Source of the DNA: an uncultured Bacilli bacterium
GTDB taxonomy: Bacteria; Bacillota_I; Bacilli_A; RF39; UBA660
Length of the DNA: 64,000 bases
Direction: 5' to 3'
Assembly (NCBI GenBank): GCA_944373145.1
Contig: CALWAL010000002.1
Span: forward strand, 22,282-86,281
Each line of letters begins with the position of its first letter. Position 1 is the stretch's first letter. Below the pieces are notes generated by a model. The model saw only the letters and a program-made list of their open reading frames with translations, ran no database searches and had not been told where the DNA came from. Shown in pieces: positions 19,178-28,324 of the stretch. A program made the position numbers and the translations under genes.

Positions 19178-19288
19178 ATATGCAAATTACATACTCAATT
19201 ATACCATAATTTAATAAAAATGCAAGTATTTGTTTATTTATCCTTAACAAAATAATATTATTTACATAATATACTGTGAGGTGAATTT

Positions 19289-19645
19289 ATGTACAATAGT
19301 ACTAACGACTTATTTGAACCTTATCAAGGGTTTATTAGAGGAAATATGTTTAAAAGTTTATATGATAACTATGGTAAGGTATATGATATTAAACCGATGA
19401 ATGAACAAGCCGAATTATTAACATATTTAGATATGTTTGAATTTGCTATGATAGATATTGGCCTATATTTAGATGTCTTTCCTAATGATGCAAATATGAT
19501 TGCTATTTATAATAATATAAAAAATGAAAAAAATAAAATTATGGAAAAGTATGAAGAAAATTATGGTCCACTTACTTTAAATAGTAATGAGTTAAATAAA
19601 ACGCCATGGGAGTGGGATAAAACGCCATGGCCATGGGAGGTTTAA
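19289..19645 (+). CDS. cotJB: spore coat protein CotJB
   Basis: ELLTYLDMFEFAMIDIGLYLDVFPNDANMIAIYNN...EKYEENYGPLT matches the CotJB signature. It lies immediately upstream of cotJC with a 1-bp gap. The C-terminus has a KTPWEWD-KTPWPWE repeat. Confidence 0.7.
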   Translation: MYNSTNDLFEPYQGFIRGNMFKSLYDNYGKVYDIKPMNEQAELLTYLDMFEFAMIDIGLYLDVFPNDANMIAIYNNIKNEKNKIMEKYEENYGPLTLNSNELNKTPWEWDKTPWPWEV

Positions 19646-19646
19646 A

Positions 19647-20207
19647 ATGTTTAAATACATAAAAAAAATGGAATATCCGATTAATATTAGAAACAAGGAT
19701 TTAAAGATGGCAAAAAACTTATTAGCACAATATGGTGGGCCTGACGGAGAATTTGCGGCTTCTATGCGCTATTTAAATCAAAGATTTAGTATGCCTGATG
19801 AAAGAGGAAGAGCACTATTAACTGATATTGGAGTAGAAGAATTAAATCACGTAGAAATGATTGCAGCAATGGTTATGCAATTAATGAATGGAGCCTCAAA
19901 AGCTGAATTAGATGAGGCCGGTTTAACGCCACAATATGTTCAACACGATCATGCACTATTTCCTGTAGATGCTAACGGCGTGCCGTTTACTGCTACTTAC
20001 ATTGAAACTACTGGGGATTATATTGCTGATTTAGAATCGGATATGGCTGCAGAACAAAGAGCTCGTGCAACTTATGAACATTTAATGTCTTTAACTAATG
20101 ACCCTGACTTATTAGGACCACTTTCCTTTTTAAGGCAAAGAGAAGTTGTACATTTTAATCGTTTTAAAGAATTAAAAGATTATTATGAAAAAAACATGAA
20201 CAGCTAA
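19647..20207 (+). CDS. cotJC: spore coat protein CotJC (Mn-catalase/ferritin-like)
   Basis: MKYPI..., LLAQYGGPDGEFAASMRYLNQRF and ...EELNHVEMIA... are di-metal ligand motifs of the manganese-catalase family. Size is 186 aa. Confidence 0.85.
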   Translation: MFKYIKKMEYPINIRNKDLKMAKNLLAQYGGPDGEFAASMRYLNQRFSMPDERGRALLTDIGVEELNHVEMIAAMVMQLMNGASKAELDEAGLTPQYVQHDHALFPVDANGVPFTATYIETTGDYIADLESDMAAEQRARATYEHLMSLTNDPDLLGPLSFLRQREVVHFNRFKELKDYYEKNMNS

Positions 20208-20231
20208 AAAGCAAATTCATGTTTTTTTATA

Positions 20232-21215
20232 TTAAATATATGAGTCTAACAATATCCCTACTCCTTCAGCAACACAAGTCAAAGGATTATCTGCTCTAAT
20301 GACTGTAATCTTCAATTTCTCAGACAGTAATTTATCCAACCCTTCTACTAGTGAGCCTCCGCCTGTTAATGTAATTCCATTTTTAGTTATATCACCAGCT
20401 AATTCGGGTGATACGATTTCTAGGAGTAATGCGACCTCACTAACAATTTTGTCGATACTATCTTTTAAAGCCTCTTTTATTTCTTTAGAGCTTACTATCA
20501 TTGAATCTGGCAAACCAGTTATAAGGTTTCTCCCCTTTATTTCCATACTAGTATTTTTTTCATTACACACAGTACCAATTGTTATTTTAATATCTTCGGC
20601 GGTCTTCTCACCAATTAATAAACGATGCTTATTTCTAATATATTTAATTATATCATCATCAAAAGTATTTCCTGCTATCTTCAAAGAGGTACTACGAACA
20701 ATACTACTTATTGATAAAATTGCAATATCAGTCGTACCTCCTCCAATATCAATAACCATATTTCCTATAGGTTTTGAAATATCTAAACCTGCTCCTAACG
20801 CAGCAGCTTTAGCTTTTTGTTCAATATACACATTTTTAGCGCCTAATCTCTCCGCTACCTCCCTAATCGCATTACGTTCAACTAAAGTTATATTGGAAGG
20901 ACAACAAATTAACATTCTTGGACTAAATATGGCATCTTTAGCATGCGCTTTTTTTAAAAAATAATTAAGCATTATTTCTGATATTTCAAAATCTGCTATT
21001 ACCCCATCTTTTAAGGGCCTTATTGCTTGAACTTTTCCAGGTGTTCGGCCAATCATAGACCTTGCTTCTTGACCCACAGCTAACACTTCTTTAGTATCCA
21101 CATCAACAGCAACGACACTTGGCTCATTTAACACGATTCCCTTACCTTTGATATAGATAAGAACATTATTAGTTCCAATATCAATACCTATGCTTTTACG
21201 CATCATTACAACCAC
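20232..21215 (-). CDS. mreB: rod-shape-determining actin homologue MreB/Mbl
   Basis: SIGIDIGTNNVLIY, LNEPSVVAV and DIGGGTTDIAILS are actin-fold phosphate/adenosine motifs. Size is 327 aa. Confidence 0.9.
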   Translation of the reverse strand: MVVMMRKSIGIDIGTNNVLIYIKGKGIVLNEPSVVAVDVDTKEVLAVGQEARSMIGRTPGKVQAIRPLKDGVIADFEISEIMLNYFLKKAHAKDAIFSPRMLICCPSNITLVERNAIREVAERLGAKNVYIEQKAKAAALGAGLDISKPIGNMVIDIGGGTTDIAILSISSIVRSTSLKIAGNTFDDDIIKYIRNKHRLLIGEKTAEDIKITIGTVCNEKNTSMEIKGRNLITGLPDSMIVSSKEIKEALKDSIDKIVSEVALLLEIVSPELAGDITKNGITLTGGGSLVEGLDKLLSEKLKITVIRADNPLTCVAEGVGILLDSYI

Positions 21216-21284
21216 CCACCTGAATGTATTATACCATATATTGGTAAAAAAATAGAATGATAATCATTCTATTTAATTGTTTTA

Positions 21285-21950
21285 CTATAATGACTTGTCA
21301 TAATATTCTTCAGGGTTAACATTAACATCATCAATTAATAATTCAAAATATAAATGGTTATTTAAACTACTATTGATATTAGAAGTAGCTGAAACAGCAA
21401 TTTTGTCCCCTTTTTTAACTATATCTCCCTCTTTTACCTGAATATCATTTACACTTTGATAAACACTTACAACTGATTCTGAATGTTTAATTTTAATAGT
21501 ATTGCCTAATAAAGTATCTTCAGTAACTTCAATTACTTCACCGTCTAAAACTGATAAAACATCAAAAGTTTCTTCACCTAAAGAGTAACTAACTCCACTG
21601 CTTTGAATATATGTGTCTTGGTAATAAATAATTGAAGAAGTTTGGTCTTTTTCTTCACCTTGATAATCATAATAATTTTGAACTATTTTAACTTCCTCAT
21701 TATTATAAGGTCTACCAATAACAGTATCAGATTCTTTCATAACAGGTAAATTAATTTTACTCAAAATGTCGATGACACCAGATGGAGACTCAAAACTTAC
21801 TTTTTTTTCATTACCACTTAATGTAATCAAACCAACTAATAACGAACAAAGTGCTACTGCGTATAAACTATATACTACCTTTTTATTAAATATTTTACTC
21901 ATATGTTCACCTCTATTAAAATTGTGGACATATTTTTTTATTTTATACAT
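21285..21950 (-). CDS. M23/LytM-domain membrane protein, SpoIIQ-like
   Basis: N-terminal TM anchor. The C-terminal LytM domain has GNTIKIKH and NNHLYFEL (HxH degraded to HxY). It sits between spoIID and mreB as in Clostridia. Confidence 0.55.
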   Translation of the reverse strand: MYKIKKYVHNFNRGEHMSKIFNKKVVYSLYAVALCSLLVGLITLSGNEKKVSFESPSGVIDILSKINLPVMKESDTVIGRPYNNEEVKIVQNYYDYQGEEKDQTSSIIYYQDTYIQSSGVSYSLGEETFDVLSVLDGEVIEVTEDTLLGNTIKIKHSESVVSVYQSVNDIQVKEGDIVKKGDKIAVSATSNINSSLNNHLYFELLIDDVNVNPEEYYDKSL

Positions 21951-22887
21951 TTTTTATTTTTTTTATTTCAATACCGCTATAATAATATTTTAAAATTTCA
22001 TCATATTTATATCCTTCCAACGCCATACCTTGTGCTCCATATTGACTCATACCAACACCATGACCGTATCCTTTTGTGCTTATTTTAACGATTCCATCAT
22101 CTTCGCTTATATTAAAGTAGGTTGATCTTAATCCTAAAGCATTAGTAACTTCTGCTCCTTTAAATGTTTTATCATTTATTTTAATTTTAGTAATACGTCC
22201 AGTACTAGTTGTATCTAATATTTCAATTGTTAATTTTTTACTATTTGGTAAATCTAATTTCTTCAAAAAATCTGATAACTCATATGTATTATCTTCATTA
22301 AAAACAGGTGATATATTATCCCACTCGCTTTTAACGCTTCGCAAATAAGCAACTTTATTAGTAAATATTTCTTCACTATTTTCTGTGTAACCAACGCTAG
22401 TTGAAAAGAAAAGTGTCTCTGCTATTTCACCATCATAAACAGCATATTCATTTGCGGTTTCTAATACAGCTTGCTCAATTTTTTGGACATATTCATCGTA
22501 ATTATTTTTCCATTTTTCTTTTAAATTATTTGAATCTAAATAAACTTGATTAGTTACTGTATCAACTACATCATATTCTTTGTCTTTTCTTTTTAATATT
22601 TTATACATCACATAGCTTCTTGATGCAACTGCCTGAGCTTTTAATGCTTCTAATTCAAAAGAAGCTGGCATTTCCCCTGCAATAACACCCATAACATATT
22701 CTTCCAAGGGAATTTTATCTATTTCACCAGTTTTACTCCTTAAAACTCGTACATAAGCATTTTTAGCAAACAAAAAATTTTCTTCTTTAGCATTAAATAA
22801 CAATGTTATGGTAATATATGGAATTAAAATAATTAATAAAAAAAATAGCAATATTTTTTTCAAAGAAATACCTCCTTTGTAAAACAT
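21943..22887 (-). CDS. spoIID: stage II sporulation protein D (SpoIID lytic-transglycosylase family)
   Basis: Signal/TM anchor, then EEYVMGVIAGEMPASFELEALKAQAVASRSYVMYK, a SpoIID-domain hallmark. Confidence 0.8.
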   Translation of the reverse strand: MFYKGGISLKKILLFFLLIILIPYITITLLFNAKEENFLFAKNAYVRVLRSKTGEIDKIPLEEYVMGVIAGEMPASFELEALKAQAVASRSYVMYKILKRKDKEYDVVDTVTNQVYLDSNNLKEKWKNNYDEYVQKIEQAVLETANEYAVYDGEIAETLFFSTSVGYTENSEEIFTNKVAYLRSVKSEWDNISPVFNEDNTYELSDFLKKLDLPNSKKLTIEILDTTSTGRITKIKINDKTFKGAEVTNALGLRSTYFNISEDDGIVKISTKGYGHGVGMSQYGAQGMALEGYKYDEILKYYYSGIEIKKIKNV

Positions 22888-22891
22888 ACTG

Positions 22892-23089
22892 CTATCTAAT
22901 AATTATTGGTACAATACAAAAATCATAAATAAAATTGGTAACTAAATATGAAAGAGAAAATACTAATAGAAAGAAAAACACTTTAATTTGTAGAGATCTT
23001 CCCTTTTTAAATATTGTTTCAATTCTAATACCTTCTAAAATCCAAATAGCTAAAAGTGAAGTTACTGTATATAATACAATTTTAATCAT
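22892..23089 (-). CDS. small two-TM membrane protein (65 aa)
   Basis: Hydrophobic ORF overlapping the rpiB stop by 8 nt. It may be spurious. Confidence 0.3.
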   Translation of the reverse strand: MIKIVLYTVTSLLAIWILEGIRIETIFKKGRSLQIKVFFFLLVFSLSYLVTNFIYDFCIVPIIIR

Positions 23090-23519
23090 GGTAATTATTA
23101 ATCATCTCTCTTCTTCTTATATGGCGTTCTTCATTACTTGGAGTAGTTTCTAAAAAAGTTCTAATAATATTGTAAATTTTATCAATCGGTAATCTGGATC
23201 CGAGTGCTAAAACATTAGCATCATTATCTAATCTAGTCATTTTGGCTTCCCACTCATCATTAACTTTAGCACAGCGAATACCTTTAACTTTATTGCATGC
23301 TATACTAACGCCAATTCCTGTATTGCAAATAACAATTCCATAATCAACTATTTTATCACGAACAGCTTCACCCAATTTAAAAGCATATATAGGATAATCA
23401 ACTGGATCCGTTGTATCTGGTCCATAATTTACTACATTATAACCTAATTTAGTTAAATAATTTGTCAATTCTTGTTTAAGTCCAACTCCATGATGATCCG
23501 TTGCTATTCCTATTTTCAT
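23082..23519 (-). CDS. rpiB: ribose-5-phosphate isomerase B (RpiB/LacAB family)
   Basis: MKIGIATDHHGVGLKQEL, ...GIVICNTGIGVSIACNKVKGIRCA. Size is 145 aa. Confidence 0.85.
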   Translation of the reverse strand: MKIGIATDHHGVGLKQELTNYLTKLGYNVVNYGPDTTDPVDYPIYAFKLGEAVRDKIVDYGIVICNTGIGVSIACNKVKGIRCAKVNDEWEAKMTRLDNDANVLALGSRLPIDKIYNIIRTFLETTPSNEERHIRRREMINNYHD

Positions 23520-23585
23520 AAAATCCCTCCAATAATATTATAAACTAATTAATTTTAATTTACTACCAAAAAAAGAAAAAGTTCT

Positions 23586-25274
23586 TTACTTTTTCTTTCT
23601 ATTTAAAAGTGATTTCAAAATATCCAGACCAATTATACTTTGAAATAATTTTAATTTGTAAGTAATTGTAAAATAAATAACCATTCCTATTGATGCATAT
23701 AACCCAATAATAACAATTGACATTGCTCTTGAATATCCATTAATTGGAATAATTATTGATAATGCTTTTAACAATAAAACCATAACAATAACCGTCAAAA
23801 ACACTTTAATACTTCGCTTAATAGTTTCACTATAGTCAATATTAAATGTTTTCTTTAAATCGACTAAACTAATAACAATACTAATACCATATCCAATCAT
23901 AGTTGCAACTAAATTTCCATAATAAATTGGTAACCCTAATTTATAAAATATAATCATAAAAGGAATATTCATAATGGCATTAAACATAAAACCAGTAATT
24001 AGTGCTAAATACATTTTTTTATAACGGCTTAAAGATTGCATTGTTACAATTACATTAGTAAATAAACTACCAAAAATAGCAACAAAAATGCTTACCATAA
24101 ATACTTTAGGCCCATAAAAAGATTGACCATAGAAAACAGTCCATACTGGATCAGCTAATAACGACAATCCCACAGCCATTGGAACTGTAATATAGATAAG
24201 AATCTGTAAAGTTTTATTTATTTTATGGCGTATATCATCAAAATTTCCGGCGACAAAATCACTAGTTAAACTAGGCAATAAGCTTACAACAATACCATTT
24301 GCAATTGCCATTACAATTACATTTAATTTCGTTCCCAAAGTTGTAACAGCATTCATAATAAACGATGCATCATTCAAATTAAAACCGCCAACATTAGTTA
24401 AAGTTGTAACAACTGTAAACATATCAACTAGCTGAAATGATGTCCCAATTAATTCCATAATAATTAAAGGTAATGTATACTTAATAATTTTTTTAATTAA
24501 AAATTTAGCTGTAATACTTTTTTCTTCTTCTTTAATTTCATAACTAGTATCATTAGGAATTTGCTTTTTCTTTCTAATTAAATATATTAAAGCACCAATT
24601 GCTCCTAAAGTTGCTCCGAAAACCGCTAAGCCAACAGCGGCACCTAAATTGGCTTTTATAATATAAATACATGTATATGATCCAATAAGAATAACAATGA
24701 CTCTAATTAGTTGTTCAATAACTTGAGATATAGATGAGGCTTGAATGTACTTCATTCCCTGCAAATACCCTCTAATCATACTAATTAAAGTCACAAAGAA
24801 AATTGCACTAGCCGAAATACGTATTACAAAAGTAATCTCTTCAATTAAATATTGACCATATAAAGCATTAATATGAGCCTGTAAAACATTACCGGTAATA
24901 TGCGCAACTGAAGAATAATCGTTAAAGTTAATAATATAACGAGCTAATAAAGGCGCAAAAAGCAACAATAAAACAGTCGTAATAATCGAAGTAACAATCA
25001 TGATACGACCCGCTAATTTATACGTCCTTTTTTTTGTATATTCATACCCTAATGTATGATATTCACTAACCATTTTACTTATAGCTAGTGGTAAACCAAT
25101 CGTTGATAAATTTAAAAAGATAGCATATATATTATATGCGGCACCATATATAACACTACCATCTTTACCAACTATTGAATAAAAAGGTATAATATATATT
25201 GCACCCATGATTTTAGTTAAAATAATACATAAGGTTGCTACAAAAGCGCCTCGTAAAAAGGTATCTTTTTTCAA
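23586..25274 (-). CDS. MOP-superfamily flippase (MurJ/SpoVB/YabM-like)
   Basis: 562 aa, ~14 TM, with an N-terminus typical of the polysaccharide-biosynthesis / MurJ family. Confidence 0.7.
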   Translation of the reverse strand: MKKDTFLRGAFVATLCIILTKIMGAIYIIPFYSIVGKDGSVIYGAAYNIYAIFLNLSTIGLPLAISKMVSEYHTLGYEYTKKRTYKLAGRIMIVTSIITTVLLLLFAPLLARYIINFNDYSSVAHITGNVLQAHINALYGQYLIEEITFVIRISASAIFFVTLISMIRGYLQGMKYIQASSISQVIEQLIRVIVILIGSYTCIYIIKANLGAAVGLAVFGATLGAIGALIYLIRKKKQIPNDTSYEIKEEEKSITAKFLIKKIIKYTLPLIIMELIGTSFQLVDMFTVVTTLTNVGGFNLNDASFIMNAVTTLGTKLNVIVMAIANGIVVSLLPSLTSDFVAGNFDDIRHKINKTLQILIYITVPMAVGLSLLADPVWTVFYGQSFYGPKVFMVSIFVAIFGSLFTNVIVTMQSLSRYKKMYLALITGFMFNAIMNIPFMIIFYKLGLPIYYGNLVATMIGYGISIVISLVDLKKTFNIDYSETIKRSIKVFLTVIVMVLLLKALSIIIPINGYSRAMSIVIIGLYASIGMVIYFTITYKLKLFQSIIGLDILKSLLNRKKK

Positions 25275-25370
25275 AAAATCACCCTTTCTTTCTAGTCAAT
25301 TATACTATTATTATCAAAATAAAACAAGTTAAGATGCTTTTAAGTACTTATAAATTAATGTATAATATAA

Positions 25371-26312
25371 GTGGGAGTTGAGGTTATGCAATATAAATTT
25401 ATAGTTGGTTTAGATAAAAAAGTATATTATAAAATGATTAAAGATTATTTATATATTCATTATGAAGCAGAACAAACAAAAAATGATAAAATTATTTATG
25501 TCGGATTTATGCAAAATAAAAAATATTTAGGCAGCGCGACAATCTTAATTAAAAATTATTGCTTTTATATCTACAATTTAATTATGCTCACAACCGATAA
25601 TGAAATTAGAAAGTTATTTTTAAAAAGTATATATAATTTAGCTGAGAAAGAAAAAATATTAAAAATTATTAATGTTAGTCTTACTCCCAAAATTGTTAAT
25701 TTAACTAAAAAAGGCTATACAGAAAAATATTTATTACCATTAAAAATAAACAATTACCTACTTGGAAGTCACTATAGTAAAATATTTAGCAGTGATAATA
25801 ATGACTTTTTTAGTATTTCTAATAAATTAACTAAAAAATTAATTAAGCAATTAAAGGAAACTATTAGCATTTGGAATCTTAATGTTTCAATAGAAGATAT
25901 TCTTCAAAATTATCAACATAAATGTACGATTTATGTTGAAAAGATAAACTTGGTTTATTATTTAAATCATTTACAATCTCAAAACATTTCTTTACTAGCA
26001 GAAGATACAATTCGTGAACTTATTCATCATTATGGTGAAGAAATGATTACTGGTTTTGCAATTATGGTTTATCCTTCCAACAAACAAATTTCTTATTGTC
26101 TTGAATTGTATTGCATTAATGCTTTTGAAGATTTAAACAGCGAGGATTATTTAATATCAATAATAATTAACGATTGTTTAAAAAAGAAATATCAAAATAT
26201 TATTTTTAATAAGCAAATAAAAAATACCAATACCATTTATGAAATAAAAGAAGAAACCATTTTGCATAAAATAAAATATTATATATTTAATAAAAAGAAA
26301 AGAAGATGCTAG
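25371..26312 (+). CDS. hypothetical Lys/Asn-rich protein (313 aa); possibly a FemAB-like GNAT-fold protein
   Basis: No firm motif. Two ~140-aa halves have GNAT-like beta-strand segments (IIYVGFMQNKKYLGSATILIKN; MITGFAIMVYPSNKQISYCLELYC). It diverges from the MOP flippase gene. Confidence 0.3.
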   Translation: MGVEVMQYKFIVGLDKKVYYKMIKDYLYIHYEAEQTKNDKIIYVGFMQNKKYLGSATILIKNYCFYIYNLIMLTTDNEIRKLFLKSIYNLAEKEKILKIINVSLTPKIVNLTKKGYTEKYLLPLKINNYLLGSHYSKIFSSDNNDFFSISNKLTKKLIKQLKETISIWNLNVSIEDILQNYQHKCTIYVEKINLVYYLNHLQSQNISLLAEDTIRELIHHYGEEMITGFAIMVYPSNKQISYCLELYCINAFEDLNSEDYLISIIINDCLKKKYQNIIFNKQIKNTNTIYEIKEETILHKIKYYIFNKKKRRC

Positions 26313-28309
26313 TTGTCATCTTCTTCTTTTTGTAATTGTTCTAAAATTTCTTCTCTCGTCATTTTAGTATAGCCTTTGATTTTATGCTCTTTAGCTAATT
26401 CTTTTAAATCTTCATCGCTTAAATCACTTAGGGAAGCTTCTTCGACATAATCTTCACCATTTTCACTATCATCATCAGGCATACAACCATGTTCTACTAA
26501 ATATTCAATTTGTTCTTTTGTAATTGTTTCATACTCTAATAAAGTGTTAGCAATTAAATCTAATAATTCTCTATTTTGAGCAATTATTTCTTTTGTTTTT
26601 TCATAGCAATCATTAATTATCTTACGTTGAGCTTGATCAATTTCAAAAGCCACTTGACTAGAAAAATTACGACTTCTATTATAATCTCTTCCTAAGAAAA
26701 CACTTGATTCTTGGTGTTCAAATTGAACAGGTCCCAAATCACTCATTCCATATTCAGTAACCATGGCACGAGCTATCTTTGTTGCCTTTTCAAAATCGTT
26801 ATGAGCACCTGTTGTTACCTCATTAAAAACTAACTCTTCGGCTACTCGGCCGCCCAATAAACCACTAATTGTTTCTAATAATTCATTTTTTGTCTCTAAG
26901 AAAGTTTCTTCACGAGGTAGCATCAAGTTATATCCGCCAGCACGTCCACGTGGTATAATTGTAATTTTTTGAACTTCATTGGCACCTTCTAACTTGATAC
27001 CAACAACAGCATGACCAGCTTCATGATATGCAACAATACGTTTTTCTTTTTCAGTATATTTTTTTGTCACTTTCGCTGGTCCCATTAGAACACGATCATG
27101 AGCTTCATCAATTTCAGACATTGTAATTGCTGGTTTATTTCTTCTAACAGTAAGTAAAGCGGCTTCATTTAATAAATTTTCTAAATCAGCACCACTAAAA
27201 CCTACTGTACGTTTAGCAATATTCTCTAAATTGACATTCTTAGCAAAAGTTTTACCTTTAGCATGAACTTTTAATATTTCCTCACGTCCTCTAACATCTG
27301 GTAAATTAACCGTTACTTGACGGTCAAAACGTCCAGGTCTCAATAAGGCAGGATCTAAAACATCAGGACGGTTTGTAGCAGCTATAACAATAATTCCTTC
27401 ATTTTCACCAAAGCCATCCATTTCTGTAAGTAACTGATTAAGTGTTTGTTCACGTTCATCATGACCTCCGCCTAAACCAGTGCCTCTTTGACGTCCAACA
27501 GCATCAATTTCATCAATAAAAATTAAACATGGGGCATTTTGTTTAGCCTGCTTAAACATATCACGAACACGTGATGCTCCAACACCAACAAATAATTCAA
27601 CGAAATCAGAACCACTAATATAGTAGAAAGGAACTTTTGCTTCACCAGCTACTGCACGTGCTAGTAAAGTCTTACCAGTACCAGGTGGGCCAACTAAAAG
27701 TACCCCTTTTGGTATTCTCGCTCCCATTTTTTCAAACTTTTTAGGGGCTTTCAAAAATTCAATTAACTCTTCTACTTCTTCTTTCTCTTCAGTTAAACCT
27801 GCTACGTCTTTAAATGTTACCTTTTTGCGATCATCATTAAGGCGTGCTCTACTCTTTCCAAAATCCATTGATTTATTTGTACTTCCTACTTGTCTTGTTA
27901 AAAAATAAGCGCCAGCACCAATAATCAAAATAATTGGTAAGACATTAATAACAAACAATAACAAAACACTGGAAGATGGATCTTTATGTGTTGTTATCTT
28001 AAATTTATAAGTGTCTCTTCCTTCATAAATCTCTTGAATTGTTGAATCTGTAAGTGGAGCTTCAGCGTAGAAAGACTCATTTTCTTCATATCCTTCTAAA
28101 GTACCTGTTAATGTATAAATACCACCACTACCACTAGGTTTAATATTAACTTCAACAAGTTCGCCATCCTCCATTTTTTGAATGAATTCACTATAACTTA
28201 ATTGGTTAACTTTAGTATTTAAAACATTAATAAGATACATGACTCCAACTATTAAAATGAATAAAAGTAAATACGATAATGCACTTTTCTTGACTGTTTT
28301 TCTATTCAT
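26309..28309 (-). CDS. ftsH: ATP-dependent zinc metalloprotease FtsH, with an acidic C-terminal extension
   Basis: N-terminal TM, AAA+ Walker [17 protein letters not shown], second region of homology, and zinc motif HEAGHA. The C-terminal ~60 aa (…[34 protein letters not shown]…) resemble a Rho_N-like helix-extended-helix module. Confidence 0.95.
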   Translation of the reverse strand: MNRKTVKKSALSYLLLFILIVGVMYLINVLNTKVNQLSYSEFIQKMEDGELVEVNIKPSGSGGIYTLTGTLEGYEENESFYAEAPLTDSTIQEIYEGRDTYKFKITTHKDPSSSVLLLFVINVLPIILIIGAGAYFLTRQVGSTNKSMDFGKSRARLNDDRKKVTFKDVAGLTEEKEEVEELIEFLKAPKKFEKMGARIPKGVLLVGPPGTGKTLLARAVAGEAKVPFYYISGSDFVELFVGVGASRVRDMFKQAKQNAPCLIFIDEIDAVGRQRGTGLGGGHDEREQTLNQLLTEMDGFGENEGIIVIAATNRPDVLDPALLRPGRFDRQVTVNLPDVRGREEILKVHAKGKTFAKNVNLENIAKRTVGFSGADLENLLNEAALLTVRRNKPAITMSEIDEAHDRVLMGPAKVTKKYTEKEKRIVAYHEAGHAVVGIKLEGANEVQKITIIPRGRAGGYNLMLPREETFLETKNELLETISGLLGGRVAEELVFNEVTTGAHNDFEKATKIARAMVTEYGMSDLGPVQFEHQESSVFLGRDYNRSRNFSSQVAFEIDQAQRKIINDCYEKTKEIIAQNRELLDLIANTLLEYETITKEQIEYLVEHGCMPDDDSENGEDYVEEASLSDLSDEDLKELAKEHKIKGYTKMTREEILEQLQKEEDDN

Positions 28310-28324
28310 AAAAAACTCCCTTCT

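Noticed and set aside
17100-19180. Prophage or integrative element at tRNA-His
   Set aside because: No integrase, recombinase, phage structural or replication genes, and no direct repeat of the tRNA 3' end seen by eye. It is treated only as a decayed islet.
19178-19288. Possible mother-cell sigma (sigE/sigK-like CATA...TA) promoter in front of cotJB
   Set aside because: CATACTCA and CATAATATA strings are present. However, spacing to any -35-like element is wrong or overlaps the tRNA. At 80% A+T such hexamers occur by chance.
20299-20964. 221-aa plus-strand ORF
   Set aside because: It lies antisense inside mreB. Pro/Ser/Ile-rich low-complexity translation is typical of the reverse frame of an AT-rich gene. 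No RBS.
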